This document shows positions 61,135 to 64,000 of a DNA stretch of 64,000 bases, one piece after another. The DNA comes from Phyllosticta citribraziliensis (lineage: Eukaryota), in the NCBI RefSeq assembly GCF_038025025.1, contig NW_027117350.1, positions 620,001-684,000 on the forward strand, written 5' to 3'. How positions within the stretch are numbered: the stretch's first letter is position 1; each line of letters starts with the position of its first letter. Below the pieces are notes generated by a model. The model was not told the DNA's origin, ran no database searches, and saw only the letters and a list, made by a program, of their open reading frames with translations. A program made the translations under genes and the position numbers.

Positions 61135-61863
61135 TGTTATCCAAGTATCGTGTCGTAGCGAAGAGAAGACGAAGAATCCGCAGGACTTGAGAAGAGGAGG
61201 AGGAGAAGGAGGAGGACTGATTGTTAAGCAGCACAAGGCGGGTCCGTTGTGGCGGCGGCCGGGGGAGGAGGGGCGGGTTTTTGGTGCTAAAAGCGGGCGG
61301 ATCCGAGGAGGGTGTGCGAGGCAAAGGACGAGAGTGGTGAGAGGATCGAAGAGCGCGGTTCCAGGAGAAAGGCTGGTGTTTGAATGGGAGGAGCGTCTGG
61401 GGTTGCTTTGCTGGCTTTTGCAGGTGCCCGCTGACGATGGACGCCCTGGCGCCGGAGTGGGCGATGATCCGAGCTTGCGGTCCCTGCCCCGTCCGGATCG
61501 AGTAACGGGGGGTTCTGCACCGCGCAGATCATGCCGACTCAATTCGTCAACACCATTCAGTCCTGTTGCATTTGGTCGTGTCGAACATTGAATGCGGCTG
61601 AAGCTCCTGCACCTCTCATAGTTCTTCCCTCCACATTATTCCATCTAACTGAATACCCAGCGAATTTCCATCAATCGAGGCATCGTGTCAAAATTCGTGG
61701 TACCTACGAGTCGAAAAGGGGAGAGTTCGTATTGATAGACAAACGGACACGAAGCATTCATAGCCTCAGTCTGCAGAGAATCGGGGAATCTCTAAACGCC
61801 GGAGACAGGGGGCGGTCAAGTGGTGTGGTGTGCCGCAACAAGCCCGGATCCTAGTCAACACTC

Positions 61864-64000
61864 CTACTCTACCTCAGATAGCCCATCTTCGGGTGTCCCC
61901 TTGTTTGATGAACCACCCCTGATCTTGCCCTCGGTATTCCCAACCTGAATCGACGCTTCAAACCTGCGTGCGATTTCCAACAGCTCGGCGTCATTTCTCG
62001 AGCCACTGGCGAACTGGACCCCAAACGGCAAGCTGCCTTCGGCGTCTGGCTTGCCTAAATAGTCGCTCAAGGGGAAAGTTCCTACAGGAACTGAAATTGC
62101 ACAGAGGTCTAGCACGTTTGCGCAGTGCGTGTATTCGCCCAAGACGCTGTTCTTGCGGATTGGATCTGCGACAACCTCTTCAATGGTCCAGTGAATCGGC
62201 GCCGTTGGTGTAACAACCACATCCACTCCGCTGGAATCTGCGCTGAAAACTTGAGCAGCCTGGCGCGTGTAAAGTTCCCTCGCCTGCAAGTCGCGGAAGA
62301 GTTCAACTGCCGTGCCCTGCCGGGCGACAACCTTGTCCATCAGCTCTACGATTGTTGGGTGGAGATGCGAACGATTCCTGTCCAGCCAGTCATCTGGTAA
62401 GTTTGCTAGGCGCTCGTTGACAAGTGTGCCATCATATAGAAGCTTCCCTGCCTTGTCGAATGGTGCCCAGTCAATCGGACGAAGGATCCCGCCGATGGAC
62501 ATCAGCTTTCGAATGACGTGGGAGAATATCTTGCGATAGAGAGGGTGACATGCCCCGAGAGCCTCTGGAGGCGGTACTCCAAACCGGAACGATTTTTGTC
62601 GGGGGCCACTGGCTTCAACGTGCCGCTCATGAGTACAAGGAGGCTTCGAGTACCGGTCTTGCGGGTCGTAGCCTTCGAGGACCTGCCATACAGTTCGTGC
62701 TTCACTGACCGTTCGCGCAAAGACGGCGATACAATCAAGAGACAGGCAGGCCGGCGTTATGCCGCGCATGGACACAAGTCCTCGAGTGGGCTTGTAACCA
62801 ACGACATCGTTGTACAAGGCAGGCACTCTTCCAGATCCTGCAGTATCTGTGCCAATTGAGAAGGACACTAGCCCTGCCCCGACACTGACAGCACTGCCAC
62901 TGCTGGAGCCACCGGACGTGTAGTCTTTGCTATAAGTCGAATGCGGTATTCCGTAGGGACTACGGCATCCCGTCAGGCCCGTCGCTATTTGATCCATGTT
63001 GGTCTTGCCGATAAAGATACCTCCGCTATCAATGATCTTGTCGTATACCGGGGCGGAAGTTGATGGCACGTGAGCCATTGGAGGACACGCTGTTGTCGTT
63101 GGGAGTCCAGCAACATCGATCGAGTCCTTGACGCTGAAAGGAATTCCGAACAGAGGTGGTCGTTCCTTGGGGTTTGGCCATTTGGCTTGCACCGCTTGGG
63201 CTTGTCTGAGTACGGAATCCTTGCTCACAAGATGGATCCAAACTGCCGACGAATGCTCCTTGTATTCCTCAATTTTGCAATACAATTGTTCCATGACGGT
63301 CTCTGGTGATACCCCTGAGCGGTATGCGGCTTGCAAACGCCGGATGCGACAGCCTGAAATTTGGCGATATCTCTCATCGCGACCCTTGAGAGAAAGTGCA
63401 TCCTGCACTAGTGCTGGCAACAGACTGCCCATTTCGGTCACAACTCCACACAATCCGTAGTATCGGATGACGTCCAAAGCTGACTGCTTCAGCTGCGCAT
63501 CATAGCTTGCCGTGCAATCGACGATGGTGCCTGCAAGGTCTTAGTATCTTCATCTCAAGCTAGGGCCCAGGGAGTATTCATACAGCATTCAAAGCCCCGG
63601 TCACTAGCTTCTCGAAGAGTAGTAGTCAAAGATCCCTCAGTCGTGATTCCAGCCAACAAGAGGCGCGTGATGCCATTGGCTTTGAGCTTGTGGAGGAGCT
63701 CAGTGTTCCAAAATGCCCCGGCTCCTTTTTTCTCTATGATGATCTCGCCTGGAATAGGCCGCAACTCATTGACAAAGTCCGACATGGGCTCGCCTCTGAT
63801 CAAGAACCGCCCTAGAGGACCAGTGTCGCCAACAGTCCGCGCTGATGATTTTGAAAGAACGATGCTGCTGCCATACACATTCAATTTCGAGGAGGGGCAG
63901 TCGGAGAGATCCGGCGCGTAGCACTCTTTTGCGTGAACAATGGTCAAGCCTGCGTCTCGGCATTGTCTAAGAAGCATTCGCAACGACTTGATGGCGGATT
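61864..64000 (-). CDS. Fusion of an isochorismatase-family cysteine-hydrolase domain (BiuH/TrtA-like) with an allophanate-hydrolase amidase domain; 5' end outside the window; intron 63583-63531
   Basis: Amidase signature FSVKDSID, GKTNMDQ, GGSSSGS and GTDTAGSGRVPA. The upstream domain PDLSDCP...GPLGRFLIRGE...REASDRGFEC is joined in frame by a GTATGA...ACTAAG...CAG intron. Confidence 0.88.

Overview
Gene-dense, GC-rich, intron-containing genomic DNA from a filamentous ascomycete. The evidence is short GT-AG introns with CTRAC/CTAAT branch points; a Dothideomycete source is an inference only. By reading splice sites by hand I reconstructed about 27 protein-coding genes, several of them invisible or fragmented in the ORF track. 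Recognisable genes: BPL1, COA4, a GH45 subfamily-C glucanase, an acyltransferase-3, a SAY1-like hydrolase, DAP1, TMA7, NDC80, seipin, an RBR E3 ligase, a bacterial-type ATP-grasp ligase, HGH1, an F-box protein, TFC6, a RING-CH E3 ligase, a GPATCH8/ZNF804-type zinc-finger gene, MCP1, NHP6, ARL1, and a cysteine-hydrolase/allophanate-hydrolase fusion cut by the window edge. There is also one intron-containing tRNA-Tyr(GTA). No transposon, CRISPR array or rRNA is supported. The strongest observation is that the zinc-finger gene can encode its conserved YDHQHKK|RLKD junction only through a non-canonical GA-AG intron, a possible splicing-fidelity sensor in a splicing-factor-like gene. Other notable items are a catalytically degenerate biuret/triuret-hydrolase-like domain fused to allophanate hydrolase, a DUF3990/ART-like protein, a DcsG/RimK-like ATP-grasp gene next to the tRNA, and a tandem pseudo-PCD protein. 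All family assignments come from remembered motifs, not from database searches.
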